64,000 nt of DNA, taken from the NCBI GenBank assembly GCA_036277095.1, contig DASUNP010000096.1:46655-110654 (forward strand), given 5' to 3'. A program made the position numbers and the translations under genes. The DNA comes from Blastocatellia bacterium. GTDB lineage: Bacteria; Acidobacteriota; Blastocatellia; UBA7656. Below the pieces are notes generated by a model. That model was not told where the DNA came from, made no database searches, and saw only the letters and a program-made list of their open reading frames with translations. Positions 17,557 to 26,766 of the stretch are shown here, piece after piece (the first letter of the stretch is position 1; every line of letters starts with the position of its first letter).

Positions 17557-18332
17557 ACTGTCAAGAATTTGAAGCAAGTATAAACGATCTGGCGCGCGAT
17601 CAAATTATGGACGCAGCCTCGCGCGCAAGCGCGCTCGCTCATAGCGAAGGATGCGCGGAGTGCGCGGCCCGTCTTGCAGACGAGCGAATGTTGAGCGCGG
17701 GGCTGCGCTATCTTGCGGAGAGCGCAAACAATGAGCAGGCTCCTGCAAGAATCGAATCCGCGCTGCTGGCGGCGCTTCGCGAGCGCAACGCTGCGCAGGC
17801 GACCCCGGCCGTCACGCCGATCAACCGGCGACGGCTTTCGCGATGGGCTATTGCTGCCGCCGCCGCGATCTTGATATTGATCGCGCTGGTCGCGCTTCGC
17901 GCCAATCAATCCATGCCAGAACCGCCTCAGCAGGCAATAGAGACTCAAACTGCTCCCGTCGTGGCTCCCTCTGCGCCCGAGCAAGAGAGTCCGCAGAAAA
18001 AGGACTCTGTCGCGCCCGTCACCCCCAGGCGGAGTGTTCAAAATTACAAGGCCGCTAACAAGGCTCGTCGCGACGCGCAACAGCCGGAGACAGTTAACGC
18101 CAAAGACGCGGCGGCGGGCGATTACGAGATTACGACGGACTTCATGCCGCTCCCGCATCGCGGGAGCATAGCTGAGCTAGAAGGCGGGCAGGTGTTGCGC
18201 GTGGAGCTGCCTCGCTCGTCGCTGGCAAGCTTCGGGCTGCCCGTCAACCTGGAGCGGGCCGGGGAGCGCATAAAGGCGGACGTAGTCGTGGGGAACGACG
18301 GGATGGCGCGGGCTATTCGCTTCGTGCGTTGA
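17553..18332 (+). CDS. Anti-sigma factor (zf-HC2 type) with one TM helix
   Basis: ATGA start/stop overlap with the sigma gene. MNCQEFEASINDL..HSEGCAECA is the H-x3-C-x2-C motif. TM helix WAIAAAAAILILIALVAL. Confidence 0.75.
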   Translation: MNCQEFEASINDLARDQIMDAASRASALAHSEGCAECAARLADERMLSAGLRYLAESANNEQAPARIESALLAALRERNAAQATPAVTPINRRRLSRWAIAAAAAILILIALVALRANQSMPEPPQQAIETQTAPVVAPSAPEQESPQKKDSVAPVTPRRSVQNYKAANKARRDAQQPETVNAKDAAAGDYEITTDFMPLPHRGSIAELEGGQVLRVELPRSSLASFGLPVNLERAGERIKADVVVGNDGMARAIRFVR

Positions 18333-18378
18333 AGCGCTGAAAACATAATTACCAATTATCTACGAAGGAGATGAACGT

Positions 18379-19446
18379 ATGAGAATTCAGAGACGATGGA
18401 TGATAACGGCTATCTGCGCGCTCGCAGTGCTTGCGAACGTCGCGGGCGTCATCGCGCAAAGTGGTAAGCCCAAGGACCGCGACGTTATGATCGAGCGCAG
18501 GGGCGGGGCGGTGATTGCCGGTGGCGGGCAGGCAGAGCACTGGAGCTTCATGGATCAGGACGGAGACGGCAACACGTTCGTCTTCATTTCGGGCGAGATG
18601 AGCTTCGACGGCAAGCTGGTCAAAGGCGCGCCCTATTCGGCGCAGGCGATCTCGGAAAGCATTCAGACGCTCGCAGACGGCAACCGCATCGTTCACAAGT
18701 CTACGGCTTCGGTCTACCGCGACGGCGAAGGGCGCACGCGCCGGGAGCAGACGCTCAGGGCCATCGGCCCGTACGCTTCGGCGGGGGACCCGCCGCAGAC
18801 CACGTTTATCAACGACCCCGTGGCCGGCGTCAATTACATTCTCGACTCGCGAACCCGCACGGCGCGCAAGGTTGCGCTCCCGGCATTTAAGCGAAGGTCG
18901 GGCGAGGGGGGAGTTGTCACGGTCGAAGCCGGGCCCAAGCGACCTCCTAAAGAGGGTGATGTTAGAGACGCCGAGATTAAAGAGCGCAAGCTTAGAGAGC
19001 GCGAAGAGGTGTTCATAACGCCTGCTCCGGGTATGGCTCCGCGTCCGGGCCCAGCGTTTGAGTACCATCGGGCAAAGCTTGATCCTAAGGATGCGAAGAA
19101 GGAATCGCTCGGCAAGCAGACTATCGAAGGCGTCGAGGCCGAAGGCACACGCATGACGATCACCATCCCGGCGGGCGAGATCGGTAACGAGCAGCCGATG
19201 CAGATCGTCTCCGAGAGCTGGTACTCGCACGAGTTGCAGACGATCATCATGAGCAAGCACACGGACCCGCGCATGGGCGAGCACACCTACAGACTTACGA
19301 ACATCACGCTCGGCGAGCCCGCCAGGTCGCTTTTTGAAGTGCCCTCGGATTACACGATCAAGGAATCGATTCCGGGAAATCTGAAGATGAAGATAGAGCG
19401 AGAGATGCAGGAATCGAAGCGCAAGCATGAAGAAAAAGATTTCTAA
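18379..19446 (+). CDS. Secreted hypothetical protein downstream of the sigma/anti-sigma pair
   Basis: 355 aa. Signal peptide ITAICALAVLANVAGVIAQ. Normal composition, whereas the antisense ORF 18349..19428 is Arg-rich. Confidence 0.6.
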   Translation: MRIQRRWMITAICALAVLANVAGVIAQSGKPKDRDVMIERRGGAVIAGGGQAEHWSFMDQDGDGNTFVFISGEMSFDGKLVKGAPYSAQAISESIQTLADGNRIVHKSTASVYRDGEGRTRREQTLRAIGPYASAGDPPQTTFINDPVAGVNYILDSRTRTARKVALPAFKRRSGEGGVVTVEAGPKRPPKEGDVRDAEIKERKLREREEVFITPAPGMAPRPGPAFEYHRAKLDPKDAKKESLGKQTIEGVEAEGTRMTITIPAGEIGNEQPMQIVSESWYSHELQTIIMSKHTDPRMGEHTYRLTNITLGEPARSLFEVPSDYTIKESIPGNLKMKIEREMQESKRKHEEKDF

Positions 19447-19481
19447 TTTTACGGCTTGAAATCATCGAGCAAGCTGTGTGA

Positions 19482-19523
19482 CGCCGGGAGTAGAAGATTC
19501 TTTACTCCCGGCGTTTTTATTTT
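19482..19523 (+). terminator. Rho-independent terminator
   Basis: CGCCGGGAGTA-(10 nt)-TACTCCCGGCG followed by TTTTTATTTT. Confidence 0.8.
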
Positions 19524-19593
19524 GGCCGAGCCTCGCCCGCGCTCTTTTCTCTGGCTAAACTAGGAGTGAGAGCAGTCGAGGGCGATAGCTGGC

Positions 19594-19636
19594 GGCGATA
19601 AAGCAACATCACGTCTTTATCGCCGCGTAGAGGCGG
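19594..19636. repeat. Hairpin plus a REP-like GCCGCGTAG-GCGG variant
   Basis: GGCGATAAAG-(11 nt)-CTTTATCGCC, then gccgcgtagaggcgg, which resembles the gccgcgtagcggc unit at 1655 and 1695. Confidence 0.35.
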
Positions 19637-19694
19637 AAACGACAGCTTTGAATTTGCGCTAAATTGGGCTGTCCTTGACACTTTTTAGAACCGT

Positions 19695-19723
19695 ATGTTA
19701 ATTTTCGTGGCTTGAACTTGCGG
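19695..19723 (+). promoter_or_regulatory. Candidate promoter of the atp gene cluster
   Basis: TTGACA (19695-19700), 17 nt spacer, TTAATT (19718-19723). Confidence 0.3.
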
Positions 19724-19740
19724 TAAAATCCTTATAGGGA

Positions 19741-20235
19741 GTGCATGCTTTGGTTTCGATGACAGCGCTCGCTTTCGCAGAGGGCGAGGGCAACATCATA
19801 CAGCCGGACGGCTCGCTTATCTTCGTACTCGTCCTCTTCATCATATTCGTCTTCGTGCTGAACCGAATCTTGTTCAGGCCCATCGGACGTGTGCTGGACG
19901 AGCGAGAGACTTTGACCGAAGGCGCGAAGACCGAAGCGCGCGCGGCCACGCGCCGCTACCAGGCCGAGCTTGCCGATTACGAAGCGCGCATACGGCAAGC
20001 GCGCGCCGAAAGCTACAAGCGGCTGGAGCAGCAACGCGCAGCCGCGCTCGAACAGCGCCGCCAGTTGATCGAGCAGGCCAAAGCGGACGCGAACAATCAG
20101 ATCGAGCAGGCCAAACAGGAGATCGCCGAGCAGGCCGCGGGCGCGCGCACGGCGCTTGAAGTCGAATCTCGTCAGATAGCCGCTCAAATCTCGCGCTCGG
20201 TGCTCGGTCGCACAGTGGGAGGAGGGGCCGATTGA
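19741..20235 (+). CDS. F-type ATP synthase subunit b/b'-type (first of two)
   Basis: 164 aa; the start is uncertain (GTG 19741 or ATG 19759). One TM helix LIFVLVLFIIFVFVLNRILFRPIGRVLDERE, then a long charged helix. Confidence 0.75.
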   Translation: MHALVSMTALAFAEGEGNIIQPDGSLIFVLVLFIIFVFVLNRILFRPIGRVLDERETLTEGAKTEARAATRRYQAELADYEARIRQARAESYKRLEQQRAAALEQRRQLIEQAKADANNQIEQAKQEIAEQAAGARTALEVESRQIAAQISRSVLGRTVGGGAD

Positions 20236-20786
20236 TAATTGAATCGCTTATCGAGCCGGCTCTGTTGCTGGCAGAGGGCGCGGAAAGCTCAGGCGGGTTG
20301 CTCAAGAACCCCATGCTCTGGAGGGTGATTAACCTTTTAGTATTTGTTCTCGTCCTAGTCTACCTCCTCCGCAACAAGATCGGGATCGGCAAGGTTTTCG
20401 ACGACCGCGCCGCCACGATAACCAGAGAGCTTGAAGAAGCCCGCAAAGAGAAGAAGGAAGCCTTAGAGCGACTCTCCGAGGTCGAAGCGCGCTTGAGCCG
20501 CCTGGACCAGGAGGTCAGCGAGATCGGTCACGAGGCCGAGCGCGAAGCCGCCCGCGAGGCCGAGCGAGTGCGGCAGGCCGCCCAGGCTGACGCCGAGAAG
20601 ATCCGCCAGATGGCCGGGCGCGAGATCGAAGGCGCGATGAAGGCTGCGCGAACCGAGCTTCGCGCCTTCGTCGCCGACCACGCAGTCGATATGGCTGAGT
20701 CGATTATACGCCGCGAGATACGGCCCGATGACAACTCCCGCCTGCTTAACAAGTACCTTGACGAGTTGCGCGAGGTGAACAGATGA
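20232..20786 (+). CDS. atpF: F-type ATP synthase subunit b
   Basis: 184 aa with 4-nt overlaps on both sides. TM helix WRVINLLVFVLVLVYLL, then a coiled coil (DDRAATITRELEEARKEKKEALERL). Confidence 0.8.
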   Translation: MIIESLIEPALLLAEGAESSGGLLKNPMLWRVINLLVFVLVLVYLLRNKIGIGKVFDDRAATITRELEEARKEKKEALERLSEVEARLSRLDQEVSEIGHEAEREAAREAERVRQAAQADAEKIRQMAGREIEGAMKAARTELRAFVADHAVDMAESIIRREIRPDDNSRLLNKYLDELREVNR

Positions 20787-21340
20787 GCGTGATCGCAGTC
20801 GCCCGCCGCTACGCAGAGGCGCTCGCCGATGTCGCCCTCGCGCACAACCAGGTCGACCAGATCGACGCGGAAGTAGGCGCGTTCGCGCGATTGATGGCCG
20901 ATAGCCGCGAGCTTCACGATCTGTTCGCCAGCCCCATCGTCTCGCAGACGGATAAGGGCCGGGTGTTGGATTCGATTATCGAACGAGCGCGGCCCGGGCA
21001 GATGACGGCGAACCTGCTCAGGACGCTGTTGCGCCATTACCGGTTGCATCACCTTGCGGCCGTCTACGAACAGTTCCAGCGCGAGATAAACGAGCGTCGC
21101 GGGATGGTGCTGGCCGAGGTCACAACCGCCTCGCCTGTCGGACGCGCCGAACAGGACGCGCTCTCGACCCGATTGCGCGAGATGACCGGCAAGCAAGTCC
21201 AGTTGGAATTCAAGACCGATCCCGAGCTGATAGGCGGCATAGTCACGCGCATCGGCTCGGTCATTTACGACGGCTCGATACGCACACAGCTTCAAGCGGT
21301 GAAGCAGAGGTTGAAGCAAGAGGCGCCCATCGGCAAGTGA
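20783..21340 (+). CDS. atpH: F-type ATP synthase subunit delta (OSCP)
   Basis: 185 aa. VARRYAEALADVA.. at the N-terminus and LIGGIVTRIGSVIYDGSIRTQL at the C-terminus are typical of delta/OSCP. Confidence 0.85.
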   Translation: MSVIAVARRYAEALADVALAHNQVDQIDAEVGAFARLMADSRELHDLFASPIVSQTDKGRVLDSIIERARPGQMTANLLRTLLRHYRLHHLAAVYEQFQREINERRGMVLAEVTTASPVGRAEQDALSTRLREMTGKQVQLEFKTDPELIGGIVTRIGSVIYDGSIRTQLQAVKQRLKQEAPIGK

Positions 21341-21409
21341 CAGGCTTGCGGCCGGTGGTTAGAGTACTTATAGAGCTTATAAAACATAGAACATGGGTTG
21401 GAGACAAGT

Positions 21410-22960
21410 ATGCAAGGAATCAGAGCAGACGAGATAAGCAAGATCATACGCCAGCAGATCGAAGGCTTTGACACGAACGTCGAGGTGACAGAGGTGGGCA
21501 CGGTCATCCAGGCGGGCGACGGCATCGCGGAGATATATGGGCTGGAGCGCGTCATGGCGGGCGAGCTGCTCGACCTGCCTCATGAGGTCGCGGGAATCGC
21601 GCTCAACCTTGAAGAGGATAAAGTCGGCGCCGTTTTGTTCGGCAATTACGAAAAGATTAAAGAGGGCGACGAGGTCCGCCGCACGAAGCGAATCATGTCG
21701 GTCCCTGTTGGAGACGAGATCATTGGCCGAGTCGTCGACCCATTAGGCCGCCCGCTCGACGGTCGCGGCCCCATAGAGACGGGCGGCAAATTCGGCCCGC
21801 TTGAGCGCATAGCCCCGGGCGTGATGGATCGCCAGCCCGTGCGCGAGCCAGTGCAGACGGGTCTGAAAGCTATCGATTCGATGGTGCCCATCGGTCGCGG
21901 CCAGCGCGAGCTTATAATCGGCGACCGGCAGACGGGCAAGACCGCCATCGCCGTCGACACGATCATCAACTCGAAGGGCAAGGACCTGATCTGTATTTAC
22001 GTCGCGATAGGGCAGAAAGAATCTACGGTCGCGCAGGTGAAAAAGACGCTCGATGATTACGATGCCATGAGCTACACGATCATCGTCGACGCGTCGGCCT
22101 CGAAGCCAGCGGCCATGCAGTACGTCGCGCCGTACGCGGGATGCACGATGGGCGAATACTTCCGCGACAAGGGCCAGCACGTCTTATGCATCTACGACGA
22201 CCTTTCAAAACACGCCTGGGCATATCGCTCGATCTCGCTTCTGCTGCGCCGCCCGCCGGGACGCGAAGCCTACCCCGGCGACGTATTCTACCTGCACTCC
22301 CGGTTGCTTGAGCGCGCGGCGAAGCTGTCGGACGGCTTAGGCGGGGGGAGCCTTACGGCGCTGCCCGTGATCGAGACGCAGGCGGGCGACATCTCGGCTT
22401 ACATTCCTACGAACGTCATTTCGATCACCGACGGGCAAATATTCCTCGAATCCGATCTGTTTCACTCGGGCGTGCGGCCCGCGATCAACGTCGGGAACTC
22501 GGTCAGCCGCGTGGGCGGGGCCGCGCAGATCAAGGCTATGAAACAGGTAGCGGGCACGCTCCGCCTGGACCTCGCGCAATACCGCGACCTCGCGGCGTTC
22601 GCCATGTTCGCTTCGGACCTGGACAAGGCGACGCAGGCGCAGCTCAATCGCGGCCAGCGGCTCACGGAATTGCTCAAACAGCCGCAATACTCGCCCATGC
22701 CCGTCGAGCAGCAGGTGCTCGGGATATGGGCGGGCACGAAGGGATTCCTCGACGACATCCCGCTTGAAGACATCAAGAAATTCGAGCAAGGGTTGATTTC
22801 ATTCGTCGAGAACACTCGCAGCAGCTTGTTGGAAAAGATACGCGAGCGTAAGACTATCGACAAAGAGATAGAAGAAGAGATGCGCGCAGCCCTGACGGAA
22901 TTCAAGGAACGCTTCACGGCGGAGCAGGGCGGGGCCGCCTCTTCCAAGGCAGCAGACTAA
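21410..22960 (+). CDS. atpA: F-type ATP synthase subunit alpha
   Basis: ATG 21410 after GGAG. Walker [16 protein letters not shown]. Family blocks [26 protein letters not shown]. Confidence 0.97.
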   Translation: MQGIRADEISKIIRQQIEGFDTNVEVTEVGTVIQAGDGIAEIYGLERVMAGELLDLPHEVAGIALNLEEDKVGAVLFGNYEKIKEGDEVRRTKRIMSVPVGDEIIGRVVDPLGRPLDGRGPIETGGKFGPLERIAPGVMDRQPVREPVQTGLKAIDSMVPIGRGQRELIIGDRQTGKTAIAVDTIINSKGKDLICIYVAIGQKESTVAQVKKTLDDYDAMSYTIIVDASASKPAAMQYVAPYAGCTMGEYFRDKGQHVLCIYDDLSKHAWAYRSISLLLRRPPGREAYPGDVFYLHSRLLERAAKLSDGLGGGSLTALPVIETQAGDISAYIPTNVISITDGQIFLESDLFHSGVRPAINVGNSVSRVGGAAQIKAMKQVAGTLRLDLAQYRDLAAFAMFASDLDKATQAQLNRGQRLTELLKQPQYSPMPVEQQVLGIWAGTKGFLDDIPLEDIKKFEQGLISFVENTRSSLLEKIRERKTIDKEIEEEMRAALTEFKERFTAEQGGAASSKAAD

Positions 22961-22961
22961 A

Positions 22962-23069
22962 GCAGGGGTCAGGGATCGGGGGCCAGGGATCAGGGCATTG
23001 TAATTTCAAATTTCAGATTTGATATTTCAAATCCTCTTATCCCTGACCCCCGGCCCCTGACTCCCGACC
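22962..23069. repeat. Composite hairpin element filling the atpA-atpG spacer (G-rich heptamer arm / AT-rich core / C-rich arm)
   Basis: Left arm gcaggggtcagggatcgggggccagggatcaggg, core cattgtaatttcaaatttcagatttgatatttcaaatcctcttat, right arm ccctgacccccggcccctgactcccgacc. The arms pair except for A:C mismatches. Confidence 0.7.
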
Positions 23070-23077
23070 ACTAACTT

Positions 23078-23968
23078 ATGGCAAACCTTCAAGACCTTCG
23101 CAGACGGGTTCGCGCCGTCCGTAACATGCAGAAGATTACTCGCGCGATGAAGATGGTCGCGGCTGCGCGATTGCGCCGCGCGCAGGAGCGAGTCGCTTCC
23201 GCGCGCCCTTACGCAAACACGATGATGCGCGTGCTCGGGCGATTGGCCTCGCGCGCGGGCGAGTACCGCCACCCGCTGCTAGAGCGGCGCGGCGATGAGC
23301 ATTACATACTGGCGCTGGTCACGGCAGACAAGGGGCTGTGCGGCCCGTTCAACACTAACCTGATCAAGGCCGCTCAGCAGTTCATTCGCGAGCACAAGGA
23401 CAAAAAAGTCGAGATAGTGGCCGTGGGCCGCAAGGGGCGCGATTTCTTTCGCCGGCGCGAGGTGACGGTCCTGAACGATTACATAAACATCACCGCGCGC
23501 ACGGTAAATCACGAGGATGCAGCCGAGATCGCGCGCGAGCTGATGGACCGTTACACGGCTGAAGGGTCTACGATCGACCGAATATATCTTCTCTACAACG
23601 AATTCAAATCCGTCATCTTGCAGCGCGTGGTTATCAAGGAGCTTCTCCCGATCGGCACCGAAGAGCTGGAGACGGAGACGGCCGACGCGAAAAAATCGGA
23701 CGTCTTGATCGATTACATCTACGAGCAGCCGCCAGCCGATATTTTCGGAAAGCTATTGCCGCGCTACGTCGAGACGCAGGTCTTTTACGCGCTATTGGAG
23801 TCGGTCGCAAGTGAGCACGGCGCTCGAATGACGGCTATGGACGCTGCCACGAAGAACGCGGGCGAGGTGATCGACTTGCTCACGCTCAACATGAACCGCG
23901 TGCGCCAGGCCTCGATCACGCGCGAGATCATCGAAGTTGTGTCGGGCGCGCAGGCGCTCTCGGGATAG
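23078..23968 (+). CDS. atpG: F-type ATP synthase subunit gamma
   Basis: 296 aa. N-terminus LQDLRRRVRAVRNMQKITRAMKMVAAARLRRAQ and C-terminus ASEHGARMTAMDAATKNA..NRVRQASITREIIEVVSGA. Confidence 0.95.
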   Translation: MANLQDLRRRVRAVRNMQKITRAMKMVAAARLRRAQERVASARPYANTMMRVLGRLASRAGEYRHPLLERRGDEHYILALVTADKGLCGPFNTNLIKAAQQFIREHKDKKVEIVAVGRKGRDFFRRREVTVLNDYINITARTVNHEDAAEIARELMDRYTAEGSTIDRIYLLYNEFKSVILQRVVIKELLPIGTEELETETADAKKSDVLIDYIYEQPPADIFGKLLPRYVETQVFYALLESVASEHGARMTAMDAATKNAGEVIDLLTLNMNRVRQASITREIIEVVSGAQALSG

Positions 23969-24049
23969 AGAAGACAAAAGCAAGAGGCAAAAGGCAAGAG
24001 GCAAAAGTAACGGACCAAAACCGTTTTCACTTTTGCCTTTTGCTTTTAC
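23969..24049. repeat. Hairpin of the caaaagg/caagagg heptamer family, filling the atpG-vanZ spacer
   Basis: Left arm agaagacaaaagcaagaggcaaaaggcaagaggcaaaagt; loop with mini-hairpin aacgg-accaaaa-ccgtt; right arm acttttgccttttgcttttac. Confidence 0.65.
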
Positions 24050-24052
24050 ACG

Positions 24053-24523
24053 ATGGCAGAAAGCTTCACAAAGAGAAACACGTTCGCCATACAAGCGGTC
24101 AAATACTGGCTGCCGGTCCTCGTGATGCTCGGGGCAATGTACTACTTCTCTACCGACGCGCTTTCGGGCGACAACACCGCGAGCATAATTGAAAAGCTTC
24201 TTCGATGGTTTACCGACGAGCCGAGCGAGCGCCTCATCAGAGGGCTTAATTACGGGCTGCGCAAGTTCATGCACTTTTTCGAGTACGCGGTTTTAGCCGC
24301 GTTGTTATTCCGGGCATTCCGCGCCGACAGTCCCGCGCGCTGGCATTGGAGGTGGGCCGCCTACTCGCTGGCAGTCATTTCGATATGGGCAAGCCTTGAC
24401 GAGTATCACCAGACGACGACGAGCGACCGCACGGGCTCTGTGCGTGACGTGCTGATAGATGTGTCAGGCGGCCTTTTTATGTTAGGCGTGATAGCTTACT
24501 TCTATAAGAAAAAGCGGCGGTAG
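24053..24523 (+). CDS. VanZ-family membrane protein
   Basis: 156 aa, four TM segments. HFFEYAVLAALLFRAF and SLDEYHQ motifs. Confidence 0.7.
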   Translation: MAESFTKRNTFAIQAVKYWLPVLVMLGAMYYFSTDALSGDNTASIIEKLLRWFTDEPSERLIRGLNYGLRKFMHFFEYAVLAALLFRAFRADSPARWHWRWAAYSLAVISIWASLDEYHQTTTSDRTGSVRDVLIDVSGGLFMLGVIAYFYKKKRR

Positions 24524-24530
24524 TTTATCG

Positions 24531-26678
24531 CTACATCTTTACGACGCCGATCTTTTCAAGCAGTCGCAAATAATCGGCCACATCTTCAACGGGCACGGGG
24601 CCGTAAGCGGCGGCGATGTAGTCGCGTATCTCCTGGACCGAACGCTTGCCGTCGACGAGGTTCAATATCTCGTACATCAATATGTCGCCGCCCTCGCGCG
24701 CGCTCAAACGCTCGACTATGCGCAGGTCGTCGGCGCTTGCGCGGTCGGCCACGTAATCGTAATAGTAAACATTCATCGGGCCCGTGACTCTCCGCGCCGG
24801 GACGCGCGCATAATCGGGCGACGCGGTGCGCGGGCGCGAGGCTTCTTTCGGGTTCGGCCTTCGTGACTTATCTTTCGACGGGTCTTTAGGCTCGAAGGTG
24901 AAGATGATCTTGTTGCCCTTGCGCTGCTCTATGAACTGGCCCGTCAAAAGCAGCCACGCGCCGCTCAGTTGATCGATCAAGCCTTCAACCTTTTCGGTCA
25001 ACTCGTCATTGCCGGGCGCGAACATGAGCACGCTTGATAGCGCCTCTACGTCTCTCTCAAGCGAGCGGGCGATCAGATTGCGCGACTCCTCCGCCCCTTC
25101 CGCGCCAAGGGATTCAAGCGCTCGCGCTCGCTCTCGCTGCTTAGGCAGCCGCGCAAGCGCGCGGGCAAAGACCTCATCAGCCAGCCGCGCAGCGTCGCGC
25201 GCCGTCGCGCGGGCCATGAAATATCCTGACGCGGCGGCTATGAAAGTCGAGCGCTTCATCTTCGTAGGGTCAATGTTGGCCGGCGTGTCATTGTTCGTGT
25301 GAATAAAGACGTCGGGCCAGTCGCGCAGGTAGATGGTCGGCACGCGAAACGACCCTTCCTGATAAACGTCGTGGTCCGAGCCCATCTCGAACGGGGTTAT
25401 GTCGGCCACGAGGCTGTCTTTGCTCCCTTCGGGGGAAACAAGCGCGTCCTCGAAACCGGCTCCTGTAGCCGCTTTCAGGCTTCCGGCCATAGCGTGCTCG
25501 GCGAAGATGCCGGCCACCGTGTTCACGGAGCTAGGCAACGACGCGGGCGTGTGGGTGACGTGGAGCACAGATTTCGTAACACTGTAGTTGCCGCCGACCA
25601 TGTCGCAGTGGACCGCCGCCTTCATCCGGCGGACTATCTCCGGGTGCTCGGCGAAGAAGGCGAGCGTGCCGTTGATCTCGGGCGGCCAGATGAATCTTAT
25701 AGTGCGGCTCGGGCGGGCTATCTCGCCACGGCGTATGAGGGCCATCAGCGCGCGCGCCGTTTCGAGTATCGCGGCCGCGCCCGAAGCGTTGTCGTTCGCC
25801 CCGGGTTTTTGGTGGCAGAGGTGGCACGAGTAGACTATCTCTTCGCCCGCGCGGTCGCTGCCGGGAATCACTGCGGTCACAACGTCGTAGTGTGCGGCGC
25901 GCATCTCGGCTTTCACCGCCGCGCGCAAAGTGATCTGCTCGCCCCGCGCCAACCGCTCGCGGTACTGGCGAGCGACGCGGAGCGAAATCATGAAAGCGAA
26001 TTTGTTATTCGGGTTGTAAGGCGACAGATGCCCCCACCTGACGTTATCCAGATAATCGCCCGACCAGCCCGTCACCTGGTTCTGCTGATAGCTTAAGATG
26101 CCCGCCGCGCCGCGCTCATCGCAGGCCATCTTGTGCGCGACGGCGACGTTGCCGCCTGCAAGCACTATGCGCCCTTTAACCTCTTTGCCCTCGTAGTCGC
26201 GGGCATCTGTCCCCGCGCCGACATCGATTAAAGGCGCGGTCACGTCCGCGCTTTGCGAATAATCGGCAAGCGCGACGCGCATCTCGTCGTAATCGGCGAT
26301 CTTTGTTTTCCGAGGCTCAACCTCCCACATCTGGCCGCGCTCGGCGTCCCAGCCCGGCGTAGATTTCAGCGTGTAATAAGTCTTTTCGCCGTCGGCAGGG
26401 TATCGCTCGATTGCTACCTGTTCGAGCCCGTATTCCTTCGCCTTCGAGGCGATGAACTGGGCCGCGTGTGAAAACCCGCTGGACGCCTGCACGCGGTGGT
26501 GGCGCGAAAGCTCGATGATCGTGTCTTTAGCGACCAGCCCGCTGATCTCCGAGGCCAACGCCCTTATCTCGGCGTCTGAGAGCAGCGGCGTTTTTGTGTG
26601 TTGAGCTTCGGCCGCCCGATCGAGCGGCCACGGGCAGAGGAGTATCAGCAGAATAATGAGCGAGACGATTATTCTCAT
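24531..26678 (-). CDS. Exported M28-family metallopeptidase with PA domain and a C-terminal small helical domain
   Basis: Start at MRIIVSLIILLILL (26678). LCHQKPGANDNASGAAAILE and AAVHCDMVGG are zinc-ligand blocks. PA-like insert GKEVKGRIVLAGGN. Confidence 0.75.
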   Translation of the reverse strand: MRIIVSLIILLILLCPWPLDRAAEAQHTKTPLLSDAEIRALASEISGLVAKDTIIELSRHHRVQASSGFSHAAQFIASKAKEYGLEQVAIERYPADGEKTYYTLKSTPGWDAERGQMWEVEPRKTKIADYDEMRVALADYSQSADVTAPLIDVGAGTDARDYEGKEVKGRIVLAGGNVAVAHKMACDERGAAGILSYQQNQVTGWSGDYLDNVRWGHLSPYNPNNKFAFMISLRVARQYRERLARGEQITLRAAVKAEMRAAHYDVVTAVIPGSDRAGEEIVYSCHLCHQKPGANDNASGAAAILETARALMALIRRGEIARPSRTIRFIWPPEINGTLAFFAEHPEIVRRMKAAVHCDMVGGNYSVTKSVLHVTHTPASLPSSVNTVAGIFAEHAMAGSLKAATGAGFEDALVSPEGSKDSLVADITPFEMGSDHDVYQEGSFRVPTIYLRDWPDVFIHTNNDTPANIDPTKMKRSTFIAAASGYFMARATARDAARLADEVFARALARLPKQRERARALESLGAEGAEESRNLIARSLERDVEALSSVLMFAPGNDELTEKVEGLIDQLSGAWLLLTGQFIEQRKGNKIIFTFEPKDPSKDKSRRPNPKEASRPRTASPDYARVPARRVTGPMNVYYYDYVADRASADDLRIVERLSAREGGDILMYEILNLVDGKRSVQEIRDYIAAAYGPVPVEDVADYLRLLEKIGVVKM

Positions 26679-26700
26679 CGAGGGGCCTTCAGAATGAAAA

Positions 26701-26760
26701 GAATTTGAAATTTGCATGGCGGATGATGCGCTTTCGCGCGCCGCGATTTCAAATCTCAAA
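26701..26760. repeat. tttgaaat/tttcaaatctca motif pair (weak inverted repeat)
   Basis: atttgaaat (26703-26711) versus atttcaaat (26746-26754). Same motif family as 45408, 58111 and the cores of 22962 and 58996. Confidence 0.4.
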
Positions 26761-26766
26761 TATGAT

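Noticed and set aside
18349-19428. 359-aa minus-strand ORF
   Set aside because: Antisense to 18379..19446, which has a signal peptide and balanced composition. The minus frame is Arg-rich.
19741-23968. Treating the missing atpB, atpE, atpD and atpC genes as a deletion or pseudogenised operon
   Set aside because: All five genes present are intact with coupled starts and stops. Split atp clusters are known in several phyla, so the missing subunits are probably encoded elsewhere.
26679-26759. Longer N-terminal extensions given in the ORF track (26759, 31159, 33525, 53658, 56911, 58885, 13190, 11316, 16870)
   Set aside because: In each case an internal Met is followed directly by a signal peptide or a conserved N-terminus, sometimes with an RBS just upstream. 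The extensions run into hairpin repeats or upstream genes, so the shorter starts were used.
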